NCBI GenBank assembly: GCA_965249275.1
Contig: CBDFLQ010000006.1
Coordinates: 160,001 to 224,000 of the forward strand
Reading direction: 5' to 3'
Source of the DNA: Dehalococcoidia bacterium
Lineage (GTDB): Bacteria; Chloroflexota; Dehalococcoidia; Plut-88900
Length of the DNA: 64,000 nt
Shown: positions 1 through 9,178 of the stretch, piece by piece
How the letters are laid out: each line of letters starts with the position of its first letter
Numbering within the stretch: position 1 is the first letter of the stretch
Notes under the pieces: model-generated
Seen by the model: the letters and a program-made list of their open reading frames with translations, nothing else
Told to the model about the DNA's origin: nothing
Database searches by the model: none
Program-made: the position numbers and the translations under genes

Positions 1-1
1 C

Positions 2-229
2 GACGACGGCGACATCGTCCTCCTCCAGCACGTCAACACCGCCGACGACGGTGACATGGTCGCCGCATGGCTTGAGGCCGAGGAGGAAGTCACCCTTAAG
101 CGCCTCTACCGAGAGCCGGATAGGATCAGGCTTCAGCCCGCCAACTCCCAGATGGCCCCCATTTACGTCGATCCCTCTAACCTCTCCGTCAAGGGCAAGG
201 TTATAGGCGTCATACGCAAACTGGCCTAA
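2..229 (+). CDS. lexA: LexA repressor, C-terminal S24 peptidase domain (partial, runs off window start)
   Basis: Frame 2 reads DDGDIVLLQHVNTADDGDMVAAWLEAEEEVTLKRLYREPDRIRLQPANSQMAPIYVDPSNLSVKGKVIGVIRKLA*; GD.V, TLKR, LQPAN and GKVIGV motifs of LexA. Confidence 0.93.
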   Translation, partial: DDGDIVLLQHVNTADDGDMVAAWLEAEEEVTLKRLYREPDRIRLQPANSQMAPIYVDPSNLSVKGKVIGVIRKLA

Positions 230-406
230 AGCCCCAATCCTCCGGCCAAACGCAGGGAGGACCAATTGGGTGGGTGGCCACCACAGGCCCCGAATCAGGT
301 GCAAATCCGCCTACGGAACACCGAATGGTCTCTAGAGCGGAATCTGGTGCTTGCCCCTCACCTCGGGCCCGCCAAAGGGCCGAATAAACACACACCATTA
401 ACCCCT

Positions 407-455
407 GTCATCCCGAGGCTCCGCGCTGCAAGTCCGCCTTTGGCGGGAGGGATCT
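407..455 (+). repeat. GTCATYCCG...GAATCT REP-like hairpin carrying a 22-nt insertion (425-446)
   Basis: gtcatcccgaggctccgc[gctgcaagtccgcctttggcgg]gagggatct compared with uninterrupted copies at 25374 and 54978. Confidence 0.75.
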
Positions 456-611
456 AGTACTTACCCCCTCACATCCTTCTCTGCCATCCCCTTTCCCTCA
501 ATGAGCCCTTTGCGCAACTCACCAAGGATTACCGGGGATTGTCTTGTGAGATCATGACAGGAATCCCCTCACACTGTTCCCAATTAAGCGCGAGTGCATT
601 CGGGGTGGTGT

Positions 612-664
612 AAAAAAGAAAAGTGAGCCTAGCTCAACTCCTCTCCCTCATCGGAGGGAGAGGG
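612..664 (-). terminator. Possible intrinsic terminator downstream of the two mini-protein genes
   Basis: On the minus strand: cctctccctc-cgat-gagggagagg hairpin, then tgagc-tag-gctca followed by cttttctttttt. Confidence 0.45.
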
Positions 665-706
665 TGACCCAAAAATAAAGAGACGTTTAGTCCGTGGAGT
701 CTGGTT

Positions 707-850
707 CTAGTCCGCCGAGGGAAGAGGCTTCGGCTGCTGGAGCGTCATCTCCACGCTGCAGCAGTTCACCCCACCCTCCCCCGCCTTGGTGCACAGCACC
801 TGGCTCCCGCAGTTCTCACAGACGAACCTTTTGCCCAGCAAGTTTGGCAT
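707..850 (-). CDS. 47-aa desulforedoxin/rubredoxin-like metal-binding mini-protein (absent from ORF track)
   Basis: MPNLLGKRFVCENCGSQVLCTKAGEGGVNCCSVEMTLQQPKPLPSAD*; CxxC...CC motif; gaagagga RBS-like sequence upstream. Confidence 0.85.
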   Translation of the reverse strand: MPNLLGKRFVCENCGSQVLCTKAGEGGVNCCSVEMTLQQPKPLPSAD

Positions 851-910
851 TCTGCTAAATCCTCTTCGACGTTTTGAGTTGACCAGTCCCTGAAGGGGCC
901 GTGATGGTCG

Positions 911-1027
911 CTACTTGAGGACCATCTCTTTGTCGCAGCACATTATGGTGCCATTCCCGCCCCGGGTCACAATGAACTCCGACCCGCAGCTCTCGCACTT
1001 GTACCGCTTGCCAGTCTGATTTGCCAC
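911..1027 (-). CDS. 38-aa desulforedoxin-like mini-protein (GTG start)
   Basis: MANQTGKRYKCESCGSEFIVTRGGNGTIMCCDKEMVLK*; CxxC...CC motif; GAGG upstream of GTG; paralog of 707-850. Confidence 0.85.
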   Translation of the reverse strand: MANQTGKRYKCESCGSEFIVTRGGNGTIMCCDKEMVLK

Positions 1028-1229
1028 GTAGTGCCTCTTGGAAAATCGGGCCCGAGTCCAAAACCCGCGCCCGACAAGATTTTGCGCAATTATAGCCACC
1101 CCCATTTAAGAGGGTCAAGGGATACCAGGAGTGAGACCATGATAAGCTTCGGCTCTCACCCGTCGACAACCAATGAAGTGCCTAATGCCGTGCAGGGGTG
1201 TATGGGCGGAGCCTTAATTTCATACTGAG

Positions 1230-1445
1230 TCACAAGCTGCCACCTTTCTTCTTCAACCACTCATCATCGCGATTTAGCGTCCAATGAATCCTATTGTGCA
1301 TCCTCGCCAAATTCTTCTCGGTTATCCACCACACTACCATCTCAGAGGTATCAGCGGACAGTTGCAGTCCCCAGATATCGGATGACTCTCCTGCAACTAT
1401 CTCAAAGCGCTCAAGATTATGTTGACTTTGTAAATTCTCGCTCAT
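1230..1445 (-). CDS. Hypothetical protein, 71 aa
   Basis: ATG ORF directly downstream of the protease gene on the same strand; no recognisable motif. Confidence 0.5.
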   Translation of the reverse strand: MSENLQSQHNLERFEIVAGESSDIWGLQLSADTSEMVVWWITEKNLARMHNRIHWTLNRDDEWLKKKGGSL

Positions 1446-1475
1446 GGGAGGATTCCTTACATTATGAATATGAAG

Positions 1476-3545
1476 TTACTGTGCCCATACGTTGAAATTC
1501 GAAAACTCGGGATAGCTATAATGGCTCAGGAAGAAGTCTCCCATCGCGCTAACACCGCCAATATCTTGGTTATGCCCCAAGTCTAGGCTTGTTACAAGTT
1601 GGTCGTTAATGAAGAACCATCCGGATACCTCCACGGCGATCAACAAAAGCCGGTTTCGACTCGAGCCTAGTCCCGCTCCAGAACTCCGTAGGGATCCCGA
1701 CGCTACTTCAATATATTCAGAGTCACTTAACCCACGGGTATAGTGATACCATCGCCCTTGCCCGATCACACCGATAACTTCCAACCGCCCAGATACAGGG
1801 TTTCTAACCATAAACCCATAGCTCCATTCCTTCCCTTGCGGGTTGATGAACTCCGCTTCCACCACCAGATCGCGAGTCCATACACCGCTCGTGTGGACCC
1901 CAATGAGTCCCGGCTCCTTTTCCAAAACCCCAGCCGCAGGCCCGTATTGCTTCTTCAGCTCGTATCCCTTAAATCCCTCGTAGCGGGTCACACCTCCGGA
2001 TATCTCATCCCCTGTATATGCTCCTGTAATGACCGCGATATCACCAGCATGAGCCGCCATTTTCAGGTCAACAATCGCCACGAAATCACCGTTCACGAAA
2101 AACCATCCCCGTTCTCCAATGGTCACAACCATCAGGTGATTCCGGCTCCCGGCACCCGTATTAAGGTTACTGACCGTTCCCGCACCAATACGCTCATATG
2201 GTGCATCTGCCCCAACATTCACCGCCCAGCCCCCGTTGCTCGAAACCACAAATTGTAGGAACGGGGCAGCATCATCCCGCTTATCACTTCGCACTATGAA
2301 ACCATAGTCCCACGAGTTAGACGAAGCCGAGTAAGGATTCACGAACGTAGTTTCAACAACCGTATCGGAAATCGTAACGCCTGCATATTCAATCTTTATG
2401 AAGTTGTCGAACGGGTCATGTCGCAGTTCCCCGTTCAAGGGGCCAAAATCGTATCCCGCACCCGGCGCTGGAGTTGGAGTAGGGCGAGGCGCGGGCGTTG
2501 CAGTCGGCACCGCCGTCCCGGCCCTTAGCGTTGGTATTCGATACTGAACCGTCACCGCTGAGATCGCGAAATTCAGTCCTTCAACTGGTCTCCCACTTTG
2601 TGATTCATCATAGCCAAAGGTGTTGATGCCCAAAATCTGGCCTGACATCGAGAGCATTGGGCCACCGCTGTTGCCGGGATTGATGGCAGCATCGGTTTGA
2701 ATGACATCACTTAGGAAACGAGAGTCGTAGCGGACAGCCGAAACAATGCCACGAGTTACGGTGGCCTCACCCGAGAGTCCCAAAGCGTAGCCGATAGCCA
2801 CTATCTCGTCCCCCGCCTCCAACCCTGCCGCATCCCCGAACTCCAGAGCTGTGAAATCGCCGCAACAGATGCTTACAACCGCCAGGTCCCGAGTTGCATC
2901 TACCCCCAACACCGTCCCGCTATAAGTCGTCGAATCGTCTACGGTCACACTCACCCGCGATTGCCCTCCCACTACGTGCTCATTTGTCACCACAAATCCT
3001 GTCCGGCCTTGCGTGTCGAATATGACCCCCGTACCGCTGGCCGTGCTGCTGGTTATTCTCTCAACGGCTGGCCGCGCCCGTCTAACCATCGCACTAATCG
3101 GCTCCGAGCTGGGAGTGGCAGTGGGAACCGGCGTAGGCGTGACTGTAGGCACGGGCGTAGGTGTGGCTGTAGGCACAGGCGTAGGTGTGGCTGCAGGCAC
3201 GGGTGTGGGTGTGGCCGTAGGCAGGGGCGTGGGCGTGGTTGTAGGCACAGGTGTGAGCGTGGGCGTAGGCACTGGGATGAATGTAGCCGTTGGCAAAGGC
3301 GTGGGCGCAGGCATAGGCGTAGGGGGAACGGCAGCCATAGTCTCCGCCATCCGGGCATTGACGGTAGCGTCGATGTCCGGGAGAGGGGTCGGCGTAGCTG
3401 TCGGCAGGGCTTCCGCAACCGCCGTTCTCACCTCTGCACTTACGTCGGTAGTGGGCGTAGGGGCTTCACCCGACCCGCTGCACGCGCCTATCACTAGCGC
3501 CAGGGTGATTGCCACCACACCAAGGACTCTCATTTGTTTCCCCAA
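1476..3545 (-). CDS. Trypsin-like (S1C/HtrA-family) serine protease lipoprotein with Pro/Thr linker and two C-terminal beta-rich domains
   Basis: Lipobox-like VIGAC; TNEHVV (His), DLAV (Asp) and QTDAAINPGNSGGP (Ser) motifs; no PDZ domain; start may be the ATG at 3533. Confidence 0.88.
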   Translation of the reverse strand: MGKQMRVLGVVAITLALVIGACSGSGEAPTPTTDVSAEVRTAVAEALPTATPTPLPDIDATVNARMAETMAAVPPTPMPAPTPLPTATFIPVPTPTLTPVPTTTPTPLPTATPTPVPAATPTPVPTATPTPVPTVTPTPVPTATPSSEPISAMVRRARPAVERITSSTASGTGVIFDTQGRTGFVVTNEHVVGGQSRVSVTVDDSTTYSGTVLGVDATRDLAVVSICCGDFTALEFGDAAGLEAGDEIVAIGYALGLSGEATVTRGIVSAVRYDSRFLSDVIQTDAAINPGNSGGPMLSMSGQILGINTFGYDESQSGRPVEGLNFAISAVTVQYRIPTLRAGTAVPTATPAPRPTPTPAPGAGYDFGPLNGELRHDPFDNFIKIEYAGVTISDTVVETTFVNPYSASSNSWDYGFIVRSDKRDDAAPFLQFVVSSNGGWAVNVGADAPYERIGAGTVSNLNTGAGSRNHLMVVTIGERGWFFVNGDFVAIVDLKMAAHAGDIAVITGAYTGDEISGGVTRYEGFKGYELKKQYGPAAGVLEKEPGLIGVHTSGVWTRDLVVEAEFINPQGKEWSYGFMVRNPVSGRLEVIGVIGQGRWYHYTRGLSDSEYIEVASGSLRSSGAGLGSSRNRLLLIAVEVSGWFFINDQLVTSLDLGHNQDIGGVSAMGDFFLSHYSYPEFSNFNVWAQ
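3113..3330 (-). repeat. 24-nt coding tandem repeats (PTATPTPV linker)
   Basis: Repeated gtaggcacaggcgtaggtgtggct-like units. Confidence 0.8.
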
Positions 3546-3629
3546 CGGCTCCTATGTATAAGCCTGCTCCAGGGTCCGCGTAATATCCCGTATTCTCTCA
3601 ATCATCCCGTCTCCCCCACCCCCGACTCC

Positions 3630-4022
3630 CTACACGCTCTCCGCCTCCTCTATGTACGCGGGCCCCGCATTGTCCGGCCTGAGCTTTCTTGCGTCTTTCA
3701 TATAAACGTGCTTTATGTCTTTCGCCGTCTTCTCCGTATTGATCAGCACCATTGCCCGGATCACCTTTTTGAGTCCCTTAGGCACGTTCATCTCGTGGCC
3801 GCACAACAGGGCCGTGTCCACCCAACCCAGCCGCCGCGCCGCGACCGCCGGATACTCCGCATTCAGGTCCACCGTAGTAGTAAACGTCGCCGAGGCTATC
3901 TGACCAGCCTCAATGTCGTTCGCCTTGATCATCTGCTGGAGAAGCTCAGTCGTAGCCTCCAGGATCGCCTCCTCGCTGTTCTCTGTTGCCGTAATGGCCC
4001 CGCGTATTCCTCTGCACCACAA
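3630..4022 (-). CDS. aroH: Chorismate mutase, AroH class
   Basis: CRGIRGAIT, FTTTVDLNAEYPAVAAR, CGHEMNVPKGL and LRPD motifs; TTG start after AGGAG. Confidence 0.93.
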   Translation of the reverse strand: MWCRGIRGAITATENSEEAILEATTELLQQMIKANDIEAGQIASATFTTTVDLNAEYPAVAARRLGWVDTALLCGHEMNVPKGLKKVIRAMVLINTEKTAKDIKHVYMKDARKLRPDNAGPAYIEEAESV

Positions 4023-4038
4023 AATAAAAACTCTCCTG

Positions 4039-4839
4039 TTACAAAGCCTCAGCGCAGCCCCGAAGCCCGCGCACAAAATTCCTTACATTCTCTTCTCGGG
4101 CCCCGGGCGCCGACTGCTCGATCAGGTTTATTAGAGCGCTTCCCACAGCCACTCCATCTGACATCGAAGCGGCCCTTTCCACGTGCTCTCTTGTCGAAAT
4201 CCCAAACCCGACCAATAACGGTAAGTCCGTCTCCGCCCGCACCCTGCCCAGAAACTCCGGAAGATCGGCGCCCATTTCCCGTCTCGCCCCCGTGACACCC
4301 GTCAAGCCGACGCAGTACACGAACCCCGATGACACTGCCGCCACTCTTTTGATCCGCTCCTCCGTGCTGGTAGGGGCCAGAAGAAATATGAAGTCCATGC
4401 CGCGGGCCTTAACTGCGCTCTGTAGTGGCCCCGCCTCCTCGAGAGGCAAATCGACAACAATCAGCCCATCGAGACCCGCCTCCGACGCATCATCGGCAAA
4501 CCGGTTCAGTCCATAGCTCAGCAGCGGATTGTAGTATCCCATCAATATCAACGGAACGTCCGGGAATCGGCTTCGTGCGTTCCGGCAGCAATCGAGGCAG
4601 TCCTCAAGAGTGATGTTCTGATCAAGAGCAACCTGGCTGGACCTCTGTACGGTCGGGCCTTCCGCAAGGGGATCACTGAACGGAGCCCCAAGCTCGATAA
4701 TGTCGGCCCCACCTTCCACCATCGCCCCTACCATAGCCTGCGTCGACTCCCTATCAGGAAACCCGACTGTTAGAAATGTCGCAATGACGGGTCTATCAGC
4801 CGCTCGGGCCCGTTCAAATGTATCGGATAAACGGCTCAA
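4039..4839 (-). CDS. trpA: Tryptophan synthase alpha subunit
   Basis: IELGAPFSDPLAEGPTVQ, LMGYYNP, GVTGAR, VGFGIS and VGSA motifs. Confidence 0.96.
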   Translation of the reverse strand: MSRLSDTFERARAADRPVIATFLTVGFPDRESTQAMVGAMVEGGADIIELGAPFSDPLAEGPTVQRSSQVALDQNITLEDCLDCCRNARSRFPDVPLILMGYYNPLLSYGLNRFADDASEAGLDGLIVVDLPLEEAGPLQSAVKARGMDFIFLLAPTSTEERIKRVAAVSSGFVYCVGLTGVTGARREMGADLPEFLGRVRAETDLPLLVGFGISTREHVERAASMSDGVAVGSALINLIEQSAPGAREENVRNFVRGLRGCAEAL

Positions 4840-5141
4840 TTGCTTATCGACATCCGCTCTTCTGTCAAACTCAATCCCGTCGGCCTTGCTCCTCGCACCA
4901 ATAAGGGGGGAATACTAGCACCCCCCTCCCCCCCTTTCAAGAAACGTAGACAGACCCTCATATTCTCGATATTTCAAGCCGTTAGTCAGGGGAGCCAGTG
5001 AAAATTGCCATGCCGTCTAAGCTCAGTTTCTTCATACTCACTCACCCCTCTCCATTCCTACACTCCCCGCCGTATCTACTGCTTATTATCCGACTTGCGA
5101 AATACGGCCCAACTGCCTCCCCTCCTCCCCCTCCCACACCC

Positions 5142-5170
5142 TTGACACAACTTTAGCCTATCGGTATCTT
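5142..5170 (+). promoter_or_regulatory. Sigma70-type promoter for the molybdoenzyme operon
   Basis: TTGACA-17 nt-TATCTT about 90 nt upstream of the TTG start. Confidence 0.55.
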
Positions 5171-5257
5171 GGAACCGCTTCACTAGGAAGTAATACCCGT
5201 GGCCCTAAGCCTAGGACTCAACCTGTCCCTCGTTTGAGGGGGAAAAGAGGCCCGCCT

Positions 5258-6130
5258 TTGAAATGGATCGATTACCTTAGCCCTACGTCCCTTAGCGAGG
5301 CTGTCGAGATCCTCGCCCGTGACGGCGATCGCACCCGTGCCCTCGCCGGCGGCACTGACATCCTCGTTCAGCTTCGTGCCAGGCGTCGCCAGCCCGATTT
5401 ACTGCTCGACGTCAAGTCCATCCCAGAACTCAACGTGCTCTCCTACGACCCCGCCTCAGGCTTGACCATTGGCGCAGCGGTCGAATGCTACAAGATCTAC
5501 GAAGACGCCGCTGTGATCGCGAACTACCCTGCCCTCGTGGATTGCACCACAATCATCGGCGGCATCCAGATCCAGGGTCGGGCCTCTGTTGGCGGCAACC
5601 TTTGCAACGCCGCCCCCAGCGCCGACTCCATTCCCGCTTTGATAGCCTACGGCGCTACCGCTAATATCGCCGGACCCAACGGCACCCGTAGCGTCCCCGT
5701 CGAGGACGTCTGCACCGGCCCCGGTCTGAGCATACTCGCCGCCAACGAGATTCTTGTCTCGATTAGCGTCCCGACCCCCGCTGCCAACTCCGGTGCCCGC
5801 TACATCCGCTTCATACCCCGTAACGAAATGGACATCGCCGTAGTCGGGGCAGGCGTATCGGTGGAGCTGGACGGAGACAACATCAAGTCCGCCCGTGTGT
5901 CCCTCGCCTCCGTCGCACCGACTCCCCTCTTCGTCAGGGAAGCCGGCGACGCCCTCGCCGGGCAGCCTATAAGCGACGAGTCCATCCGCAAGGCTTCCGC
6001 CCTGGCACAGGCCGCTGCCAGACCTATCACCGACATGCGCGGCACCATCGAATTCAGGACACACCTCTGTGAAGTTTTGACCCGACGAGCTTTAAATACC
6101 GCCATCGAGCGGGCCAAGGAGGCGTCTTAG
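5258..6130 (+). CDS. Xanthine dehydrogenase family FAD-binding (medium, CoxM-like) subunit
   Basis: LAGGTD, ASVGGNLCNAAPSAD and PITDMRGT motifs; TTG start at 5258 after GAGG. Confidence 0.93.
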   Translation: MKWIDYLSPTSLSEAVEILARDGDRTRALAGGTDILVQLRARRRQPDLLLDVKSIPELNVLSYDPASGLTIGAAVECYKIYEDAAVIANYPALVDCTTIIGGIQIQGRASVGGNLCNAAPSADSIPALIAYGATANIAGPNGTRSVPVEDVCTGPGLSILAANEILVSISVPTPAANSGARYIRFIPRNEMDIAVVGAGVSVELDGDNIKSARVSLASVAPTPLFVREAGDALAGQPISDESIRKASALAQAAARPITDMRGTIEFRTHLCEVLTRRALNTAIERAKEAS

Positions 6131-6616
6131 ATGCCCAGGAAAACCTACGTACAGACGACCATTAACGGCGAAAACGTCGAGTTCCTCTGCGAACCCCGAC
6201 AAAGCCTCCTCGAGTGCCTGCGCGACGTAATCGGGCTCACCGGCTCCAAAGAAGGCTGCAATGACGGCAACTGCGGCGCCTGCACCGTGAGCTTGGATGG
6301 CCGCATCGTCACCTCCTGCCTGGTCCTCGGCGTCGAGGCCGAAGGCAGGAACATCGAGACCATCGAGGGCGTCGCCGACGGCAACAACCTCCACCCCATA
6401 CAGCAGGCCTTCCTCGAAAATGCCGCGCTTCAGTGCGGTATCTGCACACCCGGTTTCATCGTGGCGGCCAAGGCGCTCCTCGAACGCGAACCCGACCCCT
6501 CAGAGGACCGCATCCGCTTCTGGCTCGCGAACAACCTCTGTCGTTGCACGGGCTACGACAAGATCGTCAGGGCCGTACTCGACTCCGCGAAGAAGATGCA
6601 GGAGGCTAAGAGTTGA
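6131..6616 (+). CDS. (2Fe-2S)-binding small subunit (CoxS-like)
   Basis: GCNDGNCGACTV...SC and QCGICTPG...NLCRCTGY motifs. Confidence 0.95.
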   Translation: MPRKTYVQTTINGENVEFLCEPRQSLLECLRDVIGLTGSKEGCNDGNCGACTVSLDGRIVTSCLVLGVEAEGRNIETIEGVADGNNLHPIQQAFLENAALQCGICTPGFIVAAKALLEREPDPSEDRIRFWLANNLCRCTGYDKIVRAVLDSAKKMQEAKS

Positions 6617-8892
6617 CAACAAGGCAGGGCACCGACTCCAACGTAGTCCTAGTTAATCAGGAGTTCGATGTAGTTGGCACCCGGCCCATCCGTCACGACG
6701 GCGCCGATAAGGTAACGGGCCGCGCCCGTTACGGCGCCGACTTCCAGGCCGCCGACCTGCTTCGCGCCAGGGTACTGCGCAGCCCCCACGCCCACGCCCG
6801 CATTAAGTCCATAGACACCTCCAAGGCAGAGGCCCTGGAAGGCGTCCGCGCCGTTGTCACCTCTAAAGACTTCCCCACCAACGGCGCCGACAAGCCTGCC
6901 AGGCGCTACCAGCGGGAGAACGTCCTCGCCGGTGAGAAGGCTCTTTACGTCGGCCATGCCATAGTAGGCGTAGCAGCTGTGAACGACCATATCGCCGAAG
7001 AGGCCCTCTCTCTCATTGATGTCGAATACGAAGTCCTCCCACCCGTCACCAGCGCCCCCCAGGGCATGGACTCCGACTCTCAAATTCTCCACGAGGAAAT
7101 GCGCACCGACGAGTCCGGTGAAAAAGGCACTGAGCCCAGCAATGTCGCCACCCACTTCCAACAGGTCATCGGCGATATCGAAGAGGGTTTTGCAAAGGCC
7201 GATTTCATCATCGAAAGAGATTTCGACACCGCAACCGTCCATCAGGGCTACATCGAACCTCAGAACGGTACCGCCCTTTGGAACAATGATGGCCGACTCC
7301 ACGTCTGGACCAGCACTCAGGGCGCCTTTCCCGTAAGGACCTCCATGTCTCAAATCTTGGATATACCCGTTTCCAAGATACGCGTGACGCCTATGGAGAT
7401 AGGTGGAGGGTTCGGCGGCAAGATACCCGTCTACTTGGAACCCGTGGCCGCGCTCCTCTCCAGGAAGACCGGCCGTCCCGTCAAGATGCAGATGTCCCGC
7501 AGAGAGGTCTTCGAGGGCACAGGCCCCACCCCCGGCTCCCACGTAAAGGTAAAGATGGGCGCCACCAGGGACGGCAAACTTACCGCCGCCCAGGCCCACC
7601 TCGCCTACGAGGCCGGAGCCTTCCCCGGCTCCCCCGTCGGCGCCGGCGCTACCTGCGTGTTTGCCTGCTACAACATCCCCAATATCGTCATTGACGGTTA
7701 CGATGTCGTGGTTAACAAGCCCAAAACTGCCGCTTATAGGGCCCCCGGCGCAACCAACGCCGCCTTCGCCTCCGAGACTGTGGTAGACATGCTTGCCGAG
7801 AAGGTTGGCATGGACCCCTTGGACTTCCGTATGCTCAACACGTCCAGGGAAGGCACCCGTCGCGCCGACGGCACGCCCTACGGCGTGGTCGGCTGCGCCG
7901 AGGTTATCGAGGCCATGAAGTCGCATCCCCACTACGCCTCCAAGCTGGAAGGGCCCAACCGGGGACGAGGTGTCGCGGTCGGGTTCTGGATGAACATCGG
8001 CTGGAGGTCGGCCTGCTCCATCAGCGTCAACTACGATGGCACCATCAACCTGCTCATCGGCTCGACCGACATCGGCGGCACCCGGGCCTCCATCGCCATG
8101 CAGGCCGCAGAGGTCCTGGGCATCACTCCCGAGGACGTTAACCCCGCCGTCGTCGACACCGACTCCATTGGCTACACCGACGTCACCGGCGGGAGCCGCA
8201 CAACCTTCGCCACCGGCTGGGCCGCCCATGAAGCCGCCGTCGACGTACGCAACGAAATGGTCAAACGGGCCGCCATCCTCTGGGAAATCGAGCCTGAGAA
8301 CATTGAGTTCAACAAGAGCGTATTCAGGTCCAAGTCGGACCCCGAACTCTCCATCTCATTCAAGGACTTGGCTCGCAAGATGAACGATACCGGTGGTGGC
8401 GTCGTTGGCAAGTCCACCGTCGACCCCAAGGGCGTAGGCGTTTCCTTCGCCGGTGCCATCACCGACGTAGAGATAGACCCCGAGACCGGTAAGGTCACCG
8501 TCCTCCGCTTCACCTGCGTCCAGGACGTGGGCAAAGCCGTCCACCCGTCCTACGTGGAAGGCCAAATGCAGGGCGGCAGCGTCCAGGGCATCGGCTGGGG
8601 CCTCAATGAGGAATACTACATGAACCAAGAGGGTGGCATGGACAATTTCACCCTCCTCGACTACCGGATGCCCACTTCCCTCGACATCCCCATGATCGAC
8701 ACTGTCATCGTCGAAGTCGCCAACCCCGGCCATCCCTACGGAGTCCGTGGCGTGGGAGAGGCCAGCATAATTGCACCTCCTGCGGCCATCGCCGACGCCA
8801 TACACAACGCCATGGGCATTAGGCTGGAAAACTTGCCAATGAATCCCCCGGCAGTCCTGGCCGCTCTGAGTAACGGCAACTCCGAGAGTTGA
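6613..8892 (+). CDS. Xanthine dehydrogenase/aldehyde oxidoreductase family molybdopterin-binding large subunit
   Basis: KVTGRARY, LRSPHAHARI, GGGFGGK, AYRAPGA, EGQMQGG and RGVGE motifs. Confidence 0.95.
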   Translation: MTTRQGTDSNVVLVNQEFDVVGTRPIRHDGADKVTGRARYGADFQAADLLRARVLRSPHAHARIKSIDTSKAEALEGVRAVVTSKDFPTNGADKPARRYQRENVLAGEKALYVGHAIVGVAAVNDHIAEEALSLIDVEYEVLPPVTSAPQGMDSDSQILHEEMRTDESGEKGTEPSNVATHFQQVIGDIEEGFAKADFIIERDFDTATVHQGYIEPQNGTALWNNDGRLHVWTSTQGAFPVRTSMSQILDIPVSKIRVTPMEIGGGFGGKIPVYLEPVAALLSRKTGRPVKMQMSRREVFEGTGPTPGSHVKVKMGATRDGKLTAAQAHLAYEAGAFPGSPVGAGATCVFACYNIPNIVIDGYDVVVNKPKTAAYRAPGATNAAFASETVVDMLAEKVGMDPLDFRMLNTSREGTRRADGTPYGVVGCAEVIEAMKSHPHYASKLEGPNRGRGVAVGFWMNIGWRSACSISVNYDGTINLLIGSTDIGGTRASIAMQAAEVLGITPEDVNPAVVDTDSIGYTDVTGGSRTTFATGWAAHEAAVDVRNEMVKRAAILWEIEPENIEFNKSVFRSKSDPELSISFKDLARKMNDTGGGVVGKSTVDPKGVGVSFAGAITDVEIDPETGKVTVLRFTCVQDVGKAVHPSYVEGQMQGGSVQGIGWGLNEEYYMNQEGGMDNFTLLDYRMPTSLDIPMIDTVIVEVANPGHPYGVRGVGEASIIAPPAAIADAIHNAMGIRLENLPMNPPAVLAALSNGNSES

Positions 8893-8896
8893 GCTC

Positions 8897-9160
8897 ATGG
8901 CCACCGTATTTATCCCGTCCCTGATGCGGACCCTATCCGGCGGTAAGGACCGCGCCGAGATTGAGGGTTCAACCGTGCGCCAGATCATCAAGAACCTTGA
9001 CGAGGTCTTTCCCGGAATGCAGAACCGGCTCACCGAGAACGGACGCCTCAAGGCCGCTTTTGCCGTCGCCGTAGACGGCGAAGTCTCCCAGCTTGGCATC
9101 CTCGAAAAAGTCCGCGAGGACAGCGAGGTCCACTTCCTCAACGCCATAGCCGGCGGCTAG
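8897..9160 (+). CDS. MoaD/ThiS family sulfur carrier protein
   Basis: 87 aa, ubiquitin-like pattern ending AIAGG. Confidence 0.9.
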   Translation: MATVFIPSLMRTLSGGKDRAEIEGSTVRQIIKNLDEVFPGMQNRLTENGRLKAAFAVAVDGEVSQLGILEKVREDSEVHFLNAIAGG

Positions 9161-9178
9161 ACGGGGCCCCGCACCAAC

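Noticed and set aside
3013-3561. GVGVAVG-repeat ORF
   Set aside because: Antisense translation of the Pro/Thr linker.
6649-8229. 526-aa antisense ORF and similar long shadow ORFs (5456-6064, 19662-20510, 33918-34838, 57253-58155)
   Set aside because: These are reverse-frame shadows of well-supported genes, expected from GC-rich codon bias.
6613-8892. Aerobic CO dehydrogenase (coxL)
   Set aside because: The active-site loop AYRAPGA lacks the Cys-containing AYxCSFR signature.
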